From positions 8,186 to 72,185 of the forward strand of contig CALKCK010000038.1 in assembly GCA_938083195.1 (NCBI GenBank): a stretch of 64,000 nucleotides of DNA. Reading direction: 5' to 3'. Below are positions 49,964 to 60,659 of the stretch, piece after piece (the first letter of the stretch is position 1; the number at the start of each line of letters is the position of its first letter). The position numbers and the translations under genes are program-made. The notes beneath the pieces were generated by a model. That model saw only the letters and a program-made list of their open reading frames with translations. It made no database searches and was not told the origin of the DNA. Origin of the DNA: an uncultured Pirellulaceae bacterium (lineage in GTDB: Bacteria; Planctomycetota; Planctomycetia; Pirellulales; Pirellulaceae).

Positions 49964-51571
49964 ATGAATATGGACTCGATTGTCTCCCTCTGTAAACGAC
50001 GAGGTTTTCTATTTCAATCTAGTGAAATCTATGGTGGCTTACAGGGTTTCTGGGATTATGGACCTCTCGGTGTTGAGCTCAAACGAAACGTAAAAGAGGC
50101 GTGGTGGTCCGACATGGTCAACGGACACGACGATATGAGCACGCTCTCGGGCGCTCCTTCACCCTATTCGATGGAAGGTCTGGACTGCACAATTATCATG
50201 CACCCTCAAGTCTGGAAATGCTCGGGGCACTACGATCTGTTCCACGACCATATGGTTGACTGCCGGGAAACCAAAAAACGTTACCGATACGATCAGATCA
50301 ACGGCCGGTGGGTGGAAGCCAAAGGCAGAAAAATTTTCGTAACAGCTCCCGCCGGAGACGAAGAACAGGAACACTTGACGAAGCAAACTCTCAAATTCTT
50401 CAAGCTTCGTAATAAGCATATCGACGATTTAAAATGGGACGGCCCAGTCGTGTGCTTAACGAATCTGGAAAATTTTGACGAAGTACTCGGGCCTGATGCA
50501 AAATCACTGGGTTCTTTAACCGAGCCTCGTGAATTCAATTTGATGTTTAAGACATTCGTCGGAGCGTTGTCAGGAGAAGAAGGCGCAGCGTTCCTAAGAC
50601 CCGAAACTGCCCAAGGAATTTTCGTTAACTTTAAGAACGTTCTCGACAGCACTCGGCATCGACTACCACTTGGTATCGCCCAAATTGGAAAAAGCTTCCG
50701 GAATGAAATCACGCCTCGCAATTTCACATTCCGATCTCGTGAATTTGAGCAGATGGAAATTGAATTTTTCTGTCACCCGGATCAGTCACAAGAATGGTAT
50801 CGCTATTGGCGTGACCGACGCCTGAAGTGGTATCACGATTTGGGCATTTCCGGCGACAACCTCATTATGCGAGAGCACCACCAAGATGAACTGGCACACT
50901 ATTCGATCGGCACTGCTGATATCGAGTACGCCTTCCCGTTCATGTCAGAAGGAGAATATGGCGAACTTGAAGGTGTGTCGCACCGGGGAGATTTTGATTT
51001 ACGCAGTCACATGGAAGGGAAGCTTGATGAAAAATCGACTGACCTTGCACTGCAACTCAATGCCGACGGTAAACCAAAATGGAAGGGCAGTGGAAAGGAT
51101 CTTTCGTATCGTGATGACCTTACCAATGAGAAGTACGTTCCTCATGTAATTGAACCCTCCGCGGGAGCCGACCGAGCGACCCTCGCATTCCTTTGTGAAG
51201 CCTACACCGAAGACCAACAACCGGACGAAAAAGGGAAAATGCAGACCCGGACGGTCATGAAGCTTCATCCCCGCATAGCCCCAATCAAAGCAGCCATTTT
51301 CCCATTGGTCAAAAAAGATGGAATGCCAGAAGTTGCGAAAGAGGTTTACCTTGACCTTAAAAAACATTTCAAGGTCTTCTATGACGAAAAAGGAGCTGTC
51401 GGGCGACGCTATCGACGACAAGACGAAGCTGGGACACCGTACTGCATTACTGTCGATGGGCAGACACTCGAAGACCAAACAGTGACCATCCGGGATCGAG
51501 ATTCATTAGAGCAAACGAGAATCAAGATCGACGAATGTGAATCGGTGATTCGCGACCGCATTCGCCAATAG
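49964..51571 (+). CDS. glyQS: Glycine--tRNA ligase, homodimeric (alpha2) type
   Basis: SSEIYGG..GFWDYGPLG, LRPETAQG, FRNEITP...REFEQME, VIEPSAG and the anticodon domain IGRRYRR-like VGRRYRRQDEAGTP. Confidence 0.94.
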   Translation: MNMDSIVSLCKRRGFLFQSSEIYGGLQGFWDYGPLGVELKRNVKEAWWSDMVNGHDDMSTLSGAPSPYSMEGLDCTIIMHPQVWKCSGHYDLFHDHMVDCRETKKRYRYDQINGRWVEAKGRKIFVTAPAGDEEQEHLTKQTLKFFKLRNKHIDDLKWDGPVVCLTNLENFDEVLGPDAKSLGSLTEPREFNLMFKTFVGALSGEEGAAFLRPETAQGIFVNFKNVLDSTRHRLPLGIAQIGKSFRNEITPRNFTFRSREFEQMEIEFFCHPDQSQEWYRYWRDRRLKWYHDLGISGDNLIMREHHQDELAHYSIGTADIEYAFPFMSEGEYGELEGVSHRGDFDLRSHMEGKLDEKSTDLALQLNADGKPKWKGSGKDLSYRDDLTNEKYVPHVIEPSAGADRATLAFLCEAYTEDQQPDEKGKMQTRTVMKLHPRIAPIKAAIFPLVKKDGMPEVAKEVYLDLKKHFKVFYDEKGAVGRRYRRQDEAGTPYCITVDGQTLEDQTVTIRDRDSLEQTRIKIDECESVIRDRIRQ

Positions 51572-51615
51572 AAAACAGAGCAGGGCAAGTCGCCGCCGAA
51601 TGGAGGAACACTGAC

Positions 51616-52371
51616 TTACGCCTCGGCCGCTAGAACTGCCATAGCCTCGTCAGAAATATTAAAATTGGCCGATACCATTTGGACATCATCGTGATCGTCC
51701 AACGCCTCCATCAGCCTGAGAACTTTCCTTGCATCGTCGACTTCAATATCGACAGTGTTTTGCGGGATACGTGTTAGTTGCTTGGATTCACAAACGACTT
51801 CCGCCGCCTCCAACGCATCACTTACATCGGTAAACACGTCCGGCTCACAGATTACTTCGAAACTGGCTTCATTGGCAGCGATATCCTCTGCACCCGCCTC
51901 CAGTGCGAGTTCCATCAATTTCTCTTCATCGATCTTCTCGGACGAAATGACGATTAGACCCTTCCGATCGAACATATAGCTAACACAGCCAGTAGCTCCC
52001 ATCTTGCCGCCACCCTTTTCAAACAGCTTACGCAACTCGGGAGCCGTTCGATTTCGGTTGTCGGTTAGAATATCACACATGACGGCAACACCGGCGGCAG
52101 CGTATCCTTCGTAGATGATTTCTTCGTAATCATTCCCGCCAGCTTCGCCAGAACCTTTCCGAATTGCCCGTTCAATATTGTCTTTGGGCATGCTGACCGC
52201 TTTGGCATCCTGAATCGCAGTACGCAACCGGATGTTTCCATCCGGATCAGCACCACCTGCTTTGGCTGCAACAATAATTGCCTTTGAAAGTTTGCTCCAT
52301 GCCTTGCCGCGTTTGGCATCGGTTGCTGCTTTCTTATGCTTGATGTTTGCCCACTTGCTGTGGCCCGCCAT
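51616..52371 (-). CDS. yebC: YebC/PmpR family protein
   Basis: MAGHSKWANIKHKK, MPKDNIERAI, YEGY, TDNRNRT and DDHDDVQ. Confidence 0.93.
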   Translation of the reverse strand: MAGHSKWANIKHKKAATDAKRGKAWSKLSKAIIVAAKAGGADPDGNIRLRTAIQDAKAVSMPKDNIERAIRKGSGEAGGNDYEEIIYEGYAAAGVAVMCDILTDNRNRTAPELRKLFEKGGGKMGATGCVSYMFDRKGLIVISSEKIDEEKLMELALEAGAEDIAANEASFEVICEPDVFTDVSDALEAAEVVCESKQLTRIPQNTVDIEVDDARKVLRLMEALDDHDDVQMVSANFNISDEAMAVLAAEA

Positions 52372-52455
52372 CAGATCACCTCTTCATTACGAAATTCAAG
52401 TTCTATTCATCGGGCACGGTCAAAAACAACCGCTGGATTACCGAGAGCCTATTTC

Positions 52456-53496
52456 CTATCGGGGTTTTTTCTTCGAAAGCCGCTTCGCTGGCGTTTTCTT
52501 TTTGGCTACTTTTTTAGTCGCCTTGGCTTTTTTAACCGGCTTAGCCGTCGCTTTTTTGGTTGACTTGGTAGCTGTTTTCTTCGCTGGCTTAGCCGGAGCT
52601 TTCTTGACGACCTTCTTCTTTGCCTTGGCCGCAGTTTTTTTAGCAGCCGGTTTCGCAGCCGGTTTCGCAGCCGATTTCGCAGCCGATTTAGCAGCCGGTT
52701 TAGCAGCCGATTTAGCAGCCGATTTCGCTTTCTTCGCAACTGGATTCGCTTTAGCAACGGCCTTTACAGGCTCTTTTTTCGCAGGTGCCTTTTTCTCGGG
52801 CTCTTTCTTACGACTTGCACGTTTAGGGAATCGCTCTTTTGCATCACCATTGATTTTCAAAATCATAGCCCGAATTGCCGTGCTGAAAGGAGCACTATTG
52901 AACGCAACGGCCAGTTGATGTGCCAAAATCGAAAATTCTGCACCCTTGGCTTTTGCAATCGTCCGCTCTAAACCAGGCACCCGTTCTTTTTTCGATTCCT
53001 CTTCCGTCACAATTCCAAGTACGTAAAACAACCGCATCAAAGAGTGGTCGAGCGGAATCGAATGGCCTCCCAAGCCGTTCTGAGCTACGTAGGACACAAC
53101 AAATTGGGAAACGCCGTTGAACTTCTGAAATGTTTGGACCGCTTTGCTAAGATTTTCTTTCTTTAGAAAATCGAGGTCAAACTGATAATAGTGCTCAAAA
53201 ATGCCGTGAAGTGTCTTTTTCAAACTCTTCGCCGCTGCAGTTGGATCAGATAGATTGCGACACGACTCCGCCAATTCAGCTACCGTGGTTACTCGGACTT
53301 CATTCCAGTCGAAGTAATTTTCTTGAAGCCTCGCGAATGCATCGTCCGCAGCATCAAACGTTGAGTTCTCCAAGCAGCATCCATAAATCATGTGCTCCAA
53401 CACCGAACGGTTCGATGGCGGTGTAATTACTTGATATTCTTTTTTGACGAACTTATGAAGTTTCGTAATCAAATCAGCTCGGTTTTTCGCGGACAT
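52456..53496 (-). CDS. Degenerate HhH-GPD (endonuclease III-like) domain fused to a histone-H1-like Lys/Ala-rich tail
   Basis: FDWNEVRV, FNGVSQFVV (HhH-like) and IPLD motifs. The C-terminal ~120 aa are KSAA/KPAA/PAKK-rich. Confidence 0.7.
   Translation of the reverse strand: MSAKNRADLITKLHKFVKKEYQVITPPSNRSVLEHMIYGCCLENSTFDAADDAFARLQENYFDWNEVRVTTVAELAESCRNLSDPTAAAKSLKKTLHGIFEHYYQFDLDFLKKENLSKAVQTFQKFNGVSQFVVSYVAQNGLGGHSIPLDHSLMRLFYVLGIVTEEESKKERVPGLERTIAKAKGAEFSILAHQLAVAFNSAPFSTAIRAMILKINGDAKERFPKRASRKKEPEKKAPAKKEPVKAVAKANPVAKKAKSAAKSAAKPAAKSAAKSAAKPAAKPAAKKTAAKAKKKVVKKAPAKPAKKTATKSTKKATAKPVKKAKATKKVAKKKTPAKRLSKKKPR
52642..52725 (-). repeat. 12-bp tandem repeat x7 encoding K(S/P)AA
   Basis: Plus strand shows GCAGCCG(G/A)TTT(C/A) units; protein residues 258-285 read KSAA KSAA KPAA KSAA KSAA KPAA KPAA. 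Confidence 0.9.
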
Positions 53497-53631
53497 TTCT
53501 TCTCTTTACAACGGTGGAACCAAATTGGATTGAAATAACTTAACGCTTCAGGATAGTCTCGAATTTTGCGGCGTCACCACATTGAATGGAATTCATTCCG
53601 ATAAAGCTCCATCCAGCGAAGATCTAATCGT

Positions 53632-54162
53632 TTATACCGGACCTTCAACCGATTCGTCCGGACTCTCCCGGTCAGATTCGTGCGTTTCATCAACGGCCGC
53701 AGCCCCGCTTGGTGATTCTGATGAATCCGCGGTGCCAGCCGCCTCTGACTCACCGACACCTGACTCACCGACATCTGAATCAACACTGTTTGACGCGGCT
53801 TGCTCTTGTTGTTCACGCTCCGCCGGCAGCACTTCCTCAAGAATACGGGTCACGAGCAACGCATGCTGGATTCCCTTGTCGAGAACAAACTGAAGCCGCG
53901 GGGTGTATCGCGTATCGATGCGATTTCCGACCTTCTGCTGCAGGTAACCGGCTGAACTTTGAAGCCCTCGAATACAGAGCCCTTGTTTTGATTCATCACC
54001 CATTACCGAAACGTGAACCTTAGCCTGTCGCATATCGGGAGCGACTTCGACCAACGTCACGGTGACATCTTTAATTCGAGGATCCTTGAGATCAGCGATA
54101 ATCGCCATACTCACGACTTCTCGGATCGCCTGAGCGGCTTTCAAAACACGACGGGAACTCAT
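53632..54162 (-). CDS. rbfA: Ribosome-binding factor A with an acidic C-terminal extension
   Basis: MSSRRVLKAAQAIREVVS, LKDPRI, DMRQAKVHVS and RYTPRLQFVLD. Follows infB. Confidence 0.92.
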   Translation of the reverse strand: MSSRRVLKAAQAIREVVSMAIIADLKDPRIKDVTVTLVEVAPDMRQAKVHVSVMGDESKQGLCIRGLQSSAGYLQQKVGNRIDTRYTPRLQFVLDKGIQHALLVTRILEEVLPAEREQQEQAASNSVDSDVGESGVGESEAAGTADSSESPSGAAAVDETHESDRESPDESVEGPV

Positions 54163-54236
54163 AATTCAAAGCCTGGAAATGACACTAAAACAAGACGTAC
54201 AACTGCGAGCAACTACCCGCCACCAAAATTCGAAAT

Positions 54237-57089
54237 CTACAAGGTCCGCGCTACTTCTTCAATCTTGTAAGCTTCGAGCGTATCACCTTCCTTGATGTCA
54301 TTGAATTTTTCCAGCTTGATTCCGCACTCCATACCCCGCTGGACTTCCTTAGCGTCGTCGCGTTCACGCTTCAACGATTCGATCGGGTAATCACCGATCA
54401 CGGTTTGATCACGAATGACCCGCATCCGACATTCACGCTGTACCGACCCACGCATCACTCGGCAACCGGCAATCATTCCAGTCTTACTGACACTAAACGT
54501 TCTCAAGACCATCGCCATCCCAAGTTCAACCACTTGCTCTTCAGGTTTCAAGCGTCCTTCCAGCGTAGCCTTGAGATCATCGGTAATCTTATAGATCACG
54601 TCGTATCGGCGAATCTCTACACCAAGTTCATCCGCGAGTGACCGGGCTTCTTCATTAGCCACAACGTTAAAGCCAACAATCACGCCTGACGAAGCGTGTG
54701 CTAGACGGACGTCGCCGACCGAAACACCGCCGGCAAGCGATTGAAGAATCTTAATCTCAACTTCGGGATGTGCAATCTTGCCAAGTTCTTTTTGGATCGC
54801 CTCGATCGAACCTTTCACATCCGCTCGAATGATAAGGTTCAATGTCACCATATCCTGAGAGTTGCGATTCAGATTCCCTGATTCAAGCAATTTCTGGAAT
54901 TCGTCCAGCGAAGTCTCAACGGACCGACTGCCCACCTGTTCAACTTTACCACGATGAACCCTCGTCGCCGCAATTTCTCGCGCCTTGGCAACGTCATCCA
55001 CCACGTAAAATTTGTCGCCCGCACCAGGGGCCACATCGAGGCCAGTCAAGTTGACCGGCGTGGACGGCTCAGCTTCTTTGAGTTTCTTCTTCGGACGCAA
55101 TGTGTCATGCATCGCCTTTACTTTTCCAAATGACCCGCCGCACACGACGACATCGCCAACCTTCAAAGTTCCACCCTGAACCATGATTTTTGCAACAACT
55201 CCACGATCCGATTGTTGCTCTGCTTCAAGACATGTTCCAAAAGCAGGCCGCGATGGATTCGCTTTGTACTCATGGAGCTCAGCGGTCACCAAAATCGTCT
55301 CTAGCAATTCATCCAAACCGGTTCCAGCAATAGCACTGGTTTGAATCACTTCTGTTTCGCCACCCCATTCACTTGGAAGCAATTCATGCGATGCTAAATC
55401 CTGAAGTGCCTTATCAGCTGTTACCCCGGGAAGATCGATCTTGTTCAAGGCTACGATGATCGGCACACCCGCCGCTTTCGCGTGGCTGATGGCTTCCTCG
55501 GTTTGAGGCATAATGCCGTCGTCCGCAGCAACGACCAAAACAGCGATGTCGGTAACATTGGCACCGCGAGCTCGCATTTCAGTAAACGCCTCGTGGCCAG
55601 GGGTGTCTACAAATGCAATCTTGTTTTCACCCTTTTTGATTTCATACGCTCGGATGTGCTGGGTAATTCCACCCGCTTCTCCCGAAACAACATCAATCCC
55701 GATCAGTGCATCTAGCAAAGATGTTTTTCCGTGATCGACATGGCCAAGAAAAGTAACAATCGGCGCTCTCGCTTCGAGCGTCCCAGTTTCTTCTTGTTCG
55801 ACATCGAAATCCGCAAGCAATTCGTCTTCGAGAGATTGGTACTCGCGAATCTCCAATTCAATGCCGAGTTCTTCGACGAGCATCTCAACCATTTCGTCTT
55901 CAATGAGCGAATTGATCGTCTTATTTGATTCGTCACCCAATTGTTTAATGGCGAACAAAACCTTTACTTTTGGAACACCCGCGGCTTCCGAAAACTCGCG
56001 TACGGTACAGGGAAGCTGAAGAACGACATTATCTTTTCTCGGGGCGGCCGTATTAACAGTCGGTCCCGAACGGTGCCGCCGACGGAAGGAAGAATGATTG
56101 CGAGACGGTCGTCGATTTTGACGAGCAGGGCGTGAGCCCATCGGACTGTCGTCGCGAGCTCCTCGTTCACGTCGAGAACCCAAACCTCGCTTCTTGGACG
56201 CATCTTCTGTTTCTGTAACCGCGTCTGCTGTCTTCCCTTTTTTCTTCTTGTTCTTGGAATTCGTGAGATGCTCCAGCGGTGCGACACCACCTCCAGATTT
56301 CACACTCTTGATTGCATCTTGAGGTAAAGCAATATCCGGTTTTTGTACCTTCTCACCCGTCTCTTTTCGCGGCTGCGGTTGCTTGACCGCAGGCATCGCT
56401 GCCAAACGAACATTCGCTCCGGCAGGTTTCTTTTTAGCGACGTCCTTTTTGGCCGTATCGCCTTTGGCATTCCCGCTTCGGTCGAGGTTCTTTAGTTGAC
56501 GACGCGGAGCGACGCCCGGCGGACGCCGTGGCATCAATGGAGGCTTGACCGTTGGAGCAACGGTTTTAGGAGCCTTGGGCTCAACTGCTTTTGCCTTCGC
56601 AGCAACCTTTGGTTTCGCAGGCGCGTCTTCAGGCTTGGGCTTTACCCCGCGAATTCGATCGAGCAGGCCACCCCGCTTGGCAGAACGAACGGGTTCCTCA
56701 GGCGCCTCAGAAGGCTCGGTCGGTTCAGGGGCTTCAACGACCTCGTCGACAACCTCCTCAACAACTTCTTCGACGACTTCTTGAGATTCGACTTCCGCCT
56801 CTTCTTCGACCGCCGCAGGGGCCACTGAAACTGGTGAAACGATTTCACCAATCTTCTTTTTTGAAGCCACCGGACGCACAGGGCGCATCGGTGCAGCAAC
56901 GTCGGGCTTTGGCTCCGATTTCGCTGCGTCGCCTCCAGACATGAATCCCTTGACGATGGCAATCTCGTCGTCTTCCAGACTTGCTAGCGCAGAGCCCTTA
57001 CCCTTGATGTTTGCTTTTTCACAAATCTCAAGTAATTGCTTGTTATCAAGCCCAAGTTCTTTTGCAAACGCGTAGATGCGTACGGGCAC
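54237..57089 (-). CDS. infB: Translation initiation factor IF-2
   Basis: GTG start with a GAAGGAAGG RBS ([13 protein letters not shown]). [24 protein letters not shown] and [11 protein letters not shown]. Confidence 0.96.
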   Translation of the reverse strand: MPVRIYAFAKELGLDNKQLLEICEKANIKGKGSALASLEDDEIAIVKGFMSGGDAAKSEPKPDVAAPMRPVRPVASKKKIGEIVSPVSVAPAAVEEEAEVESQEVVEEVVEEVVDEVVEAPEPTEPSEAPEEPVRSAKRGGLLDRIRGVKPKPEDAPAKPKVAAKAKAVEPKAPKTVAPTVKPPLMPRRPPGVAPRRQLKNLDRSGNAKGDTAKKDVAKKKPAGANVRLAAMPAVKQPQPRKETGEKVQKPDIALPQDAIKSVKSGGGVAPLEHLTNSKNKKKKGKTADAVTETEDASKKRGLGSRRERGARDDSPMGSRPARQNRRPSRNHSSFRRRHRSGPTVNTAAPRKDNVVLQLPCTVREFSEAAGVPKVKVLFAIKQLGDESNKTINSLIEDEMVEMLVEELGIELEIREYQSLEDELLADFDVEQEETGTLEARAPIVTFLGHVDHGKTSLLDALIGIDVVSGEAGGITQHIRAYEIKKGENKIAFVDTPGHEAFTEMRARGANVTDIAVLVVAADDGIMPQTEEAISHAKAAGVPIIVALNKIDLPGVTADKALQDLASHELLPSEWGGETEVIQTSAIAGTGLDELLETILVTAELHEYKANPSRPAFGTCLEAEQQSDRGVVAKIMVQGGTLKVGDVVVCGGSFGKVKAMHDTLRPKKKLKEAEPSTPVNLTGLDVAPGAGDKFYVVDDVAKAREIAATRVHRGKVEQVGSRSVETSLDEFQKLLESGNLNRNSQDMVTLNLIIRADVKGSIEAIQKELGKIAHPEVEIKILQSLAGGVSVGDVRLAHASSGVIVGFNVVANEEARSLADELGVEIRRYDVIYKITDDLKATLEGRLKPEEQVVELGMAMVLRTFSVSKTGMIAGCRVMRGSVQRECRMRVIRDQTVIGDYPIESLKRERDDAKEVQRGMECGIKLEKFNDIKEGDTLEAYKIEEVARTL

Positions 57090-57122
57090 GTGGCGTGACC
57101 TTCCTTCTTTGTTGGGCAATCC

Positions 57123-57142
57123 CAGTTCTGACATCAGAACTG
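57123..57142. promoter_or_regulatory. Perfect 9-bp inverted repeat in the nusA-infB spacer (operator or RNA hairpin)
   Basis: CAGTTCTGA-CA-TCAGAACTG, 33 nt upstream of the infB start. Confidence 0.4.
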
Positions 57143-57319
57143 AATGACCACCACCTTTTGACAATTTGCTTTACATAAAACGTCCCCTCTGCCGAACAGT
57201 GAAAAGAAATCAACGCTTTAGTTAATCTCGATACCTGGCACAGACACGGTTATATATCCCCACGAATTAAATGAACTGACTTTCGCCCGTTCGCCCAATC
57301 CGACTAATAGTAGTTTCGC

Positions 57320-58657
57320 CTACTCCGATGAATTCTCACCTTCTGTGGGCTTCGCTGGCTCAGTCGATTCCGTTGAATCAACAGCCGCCTCTTCGGAAGC
57401 ACTCGCCGCTTGAGCCCGCAACTGCTGTTCAGCTGCAACTCGTTTCGCTTCCACTGCAGCCACCGCGGCAGCCGCTTTTTTCGCTCGTTTTTCCTCAGCC
57501 TCTCGCGCTTCCGCTTCAACGGCGAGCACGTCAGCTTGCTCAACAATGGCATCAACCTGACTTTCGGTCAAATCTCCCATCACCATCAGATCTGGAGGCT
57601 CAATCACGGAGAGGTCATCGTAAGACAAATACCCTTCTCCCACCAGACGATTTGCTAAATCTTCGTCAACCCCTTCGAGCTTACAGAAGCCTTGAACCGC
57701 TCGGTCAATTTGCTGCTCCAACTCCCCCTGGGTCATGATTTCGATGTCCCAAGTGCACAATTTACTGGCTAAGCGGACGTTTTGCCCTCGTTTTCCAATC
57801 GCAAGAGACAGCTGATCTTCTCGAACCAAGACAATGGCACGACCCATCATCTGGCACAAAATCACTTCATCCACTTCCGCAGGCTGCAGGGCATTGGGAA
57901 TCATCTGCATCGGATCTTCATCAAACCGAACAATGTCGATCCGCTCTCCAGCGAGCTCGTCGATGACCATTTTGATTCGATTTCCTCGCACACCAACGCA
58001 TGCTCCAACGCAATCCACTTTAGAATCAATACTGCTCACGGCGACCTTCGAACGATAACCCGGCTCCCGCGAAATAGCGTTAATGGAAATAACACCATCT
58101 GCAATCTCTGGAATCTCACTCTCAAACAATCGCTGAACAAACACCGGACGAGTTCGACTAAGAACTACCTTCACACGGCTCCCCTGAGCCTTAACTTCTG
58201 TTACCAGTGCCCGCACGCGTTCATTGGGCTGATGAGACTCTCCAGGAATCTGCTCGCTTCGCGGCAAAATCGCTTCGATTGGACCGAGTGTCACCGTGGT
58301 CACACGACCTTCGTTCCGATGAACGGTTCCAGTTACCAAGTCGTTGATAATCTCGTTGAATTCATCAATCTGCGAATCACGCTCAGCCTCGCGCACCTTC
58401 TGAATGATGACCTGCTTTGCCGTCTGAGCACCAATTCGCCCGATTACTTCTTCGTAATCCAATTCATCTTGGCCGCAACGACCGGCGATCTGCCCTGAAT
58501 CTCGCTCGATAATAAATTCAATATCAGCTTCTTCGCCAAAATGCTTTCGCGCAGCAGACACCAAGGCTGACTCAATCGCGACAAAAACAATTTCCTTCTC
58601 GATGTTTTTTTCGCGATGAAGTGAATCAACAATCCGCAAAACTTCACTGGCGTTCAT
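57320..58657 (-). CDS. nusA: Transcription termination/antitermination factor NusA
   Basis: GRIGAQTAKQVI.Q..REAER, S1 domain, KH motifs REPGYRSKVAV / GACVGVRGNRI / LAIGKRGQNVRLA, and one acidic-repeat-like domain. Confidence 0.96.
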   Translation of the reverse strand: MNASEVLRIVDSLHREKNIEKEIVFVAIESALVSAARKHFGEEADIEFIIERDSGQIAGRCGQDELDYEEVIGRIGAQTAKQVIIQKVREAERDSQIDEFNEIINDLVTGTVHRNEGRVTTVTLGPIEAILPRSEQIPGESHQPNERVRALVTEVKAQGSRVKVVLSRTRPVFVQRLFESEIPEIADGVISINAISREPGYRSKVAVSSIDSKVDCVGACVGVRGNRIKMVIDELAGERIDIVRFDEDPMQMIPNALQPAEVDEVILCQMMGRAIVLVREDQLSLAIGKRGQNVRLASKLCTWDIEIMTQGELEQQIDRAVQGFCKLEGVDEDLANRLVGEGYLSYDDLSVIEPPDLMVMGDLTESQVDAIVEQADVLAVEAEAREAEEKRAKKAAAAVAAVEAKRVAAEQQLRAQAASASEEAAVDSTESTEPAKPTEGENSSE

Positions 58658-58659
58658 TT

Positions 58660-59901
<1,242 letters not shown>

Positions 59902-60289
59902 CAGTTATCCACCGTGGCCTTCAGCCAATTGCCTGTCCGGCACCAGTTAGTCAAAAGGCCCTTCTACTTTTTCACAACTGCCCAAACTCTGGCAGCGACG
60001 AAAAGATAGAAAGACCTTAGAAATCTTCGATTCAAGCCCAAAATAATAGCGTAAAAATCCCCTTCAGTCAATCCAGATTGAACAATCCATTCTTCTTATT
60101 ACCGCCGACTTGGGCGACTTACCCCAATATCCAACTCCAGCGAACCTACTTTTACACGCCACCCCAACCAATTCTCCCCATCCAAGAAGCCAAAACGTCC
60201 AAAAACCAATCGATTCGACCCATCACAACTGTTATTCGAGAGGAATTCCCACGAAAAACGCCGACGAACCTAGGGGCCAACCCCAACCA

Positions 60290-60420
60290 GAAGACGGACG
60301 GCAGGCCACACTGTGGACGATCCGCCCTGGCTCTTAGGCGAAGGTGCAGCTTCCTAGAGTTTTAACCGGTCGATCTTTAGCCTAACGACAGCAGTTCAGT
60401 AGCCTGCCTTCGAGGTCCTT
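60290..60420 (-). ncRNA. Candidate 6S (SsrS)-like long-hairpin RNA
   Basis: Nested stems GGCAGGC (60300-06)/GCCTGCC (60402-08) and TTAGGC (60334-39)/GCCTAA (60380-85), separated by an asymmetric bubble. The minus strand carries UUAAAACU...CACCUU, also present in E. coli 6S. Two G-U pairs form only on the minus strand. Confidence 0.55.
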
Positions 60421-60659
60421 ACCCCCCAAAACTAATGTCGTGTGCAGATTCAGCATAGCTAGCGGCCTTCCAGGCATGTCTGCTGCCTTAACACCAGTTA
60501 TTCGTCTTGTCGGTTTTCCCCAGACATTCGTATACTCGCTGGTTCACGTTTGTTAGATCGCGGCAGATTGGAATATGTCCCTAGCGAAAACGTAAGTTTC
60601 AGCGATTTAGACTTGGCCATGCAATCCCACGTCTGACACCGTCTGTTTTGGAGATCGAG

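Noticed and set aside
52232-52918. 228-aa plus-strand hydrophobic ORF (FAAGFAADLAA...)
   Set aside because: Antisense shadow of the Lys/Ala repeat tail: AAA/GCN codons read as Phe/Leu/Ala on the other strand. It also overlaps yebC.
59905-59913. DnaA-box-like TTATCCACC
   Set aside because: A single 8/9 match with no box cluster, AT-rich unwinding element or dnaA/dnaN nearby.
60340-60365. SRP RNA or glycine-riboswitch identity for the 60.3-kb hairpin (GGAAGCUGCA; CGAAGGUGCA)
   Set aside because: No GNRA-capped helix 8 with CAGG/GGAAGCAG symmetry, and the glycine-aptamer motifs fall on opposite strands. A 6S-like fold fits better.
60078-60365. 95-aa and 75-aa plus-strand ORFs in the large intergenic region
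   Set aside because: Low-complexity Pro/Thr/Asn composition reflecting local C/A skew, no RBS, and overlap with the structured RNA candidate.
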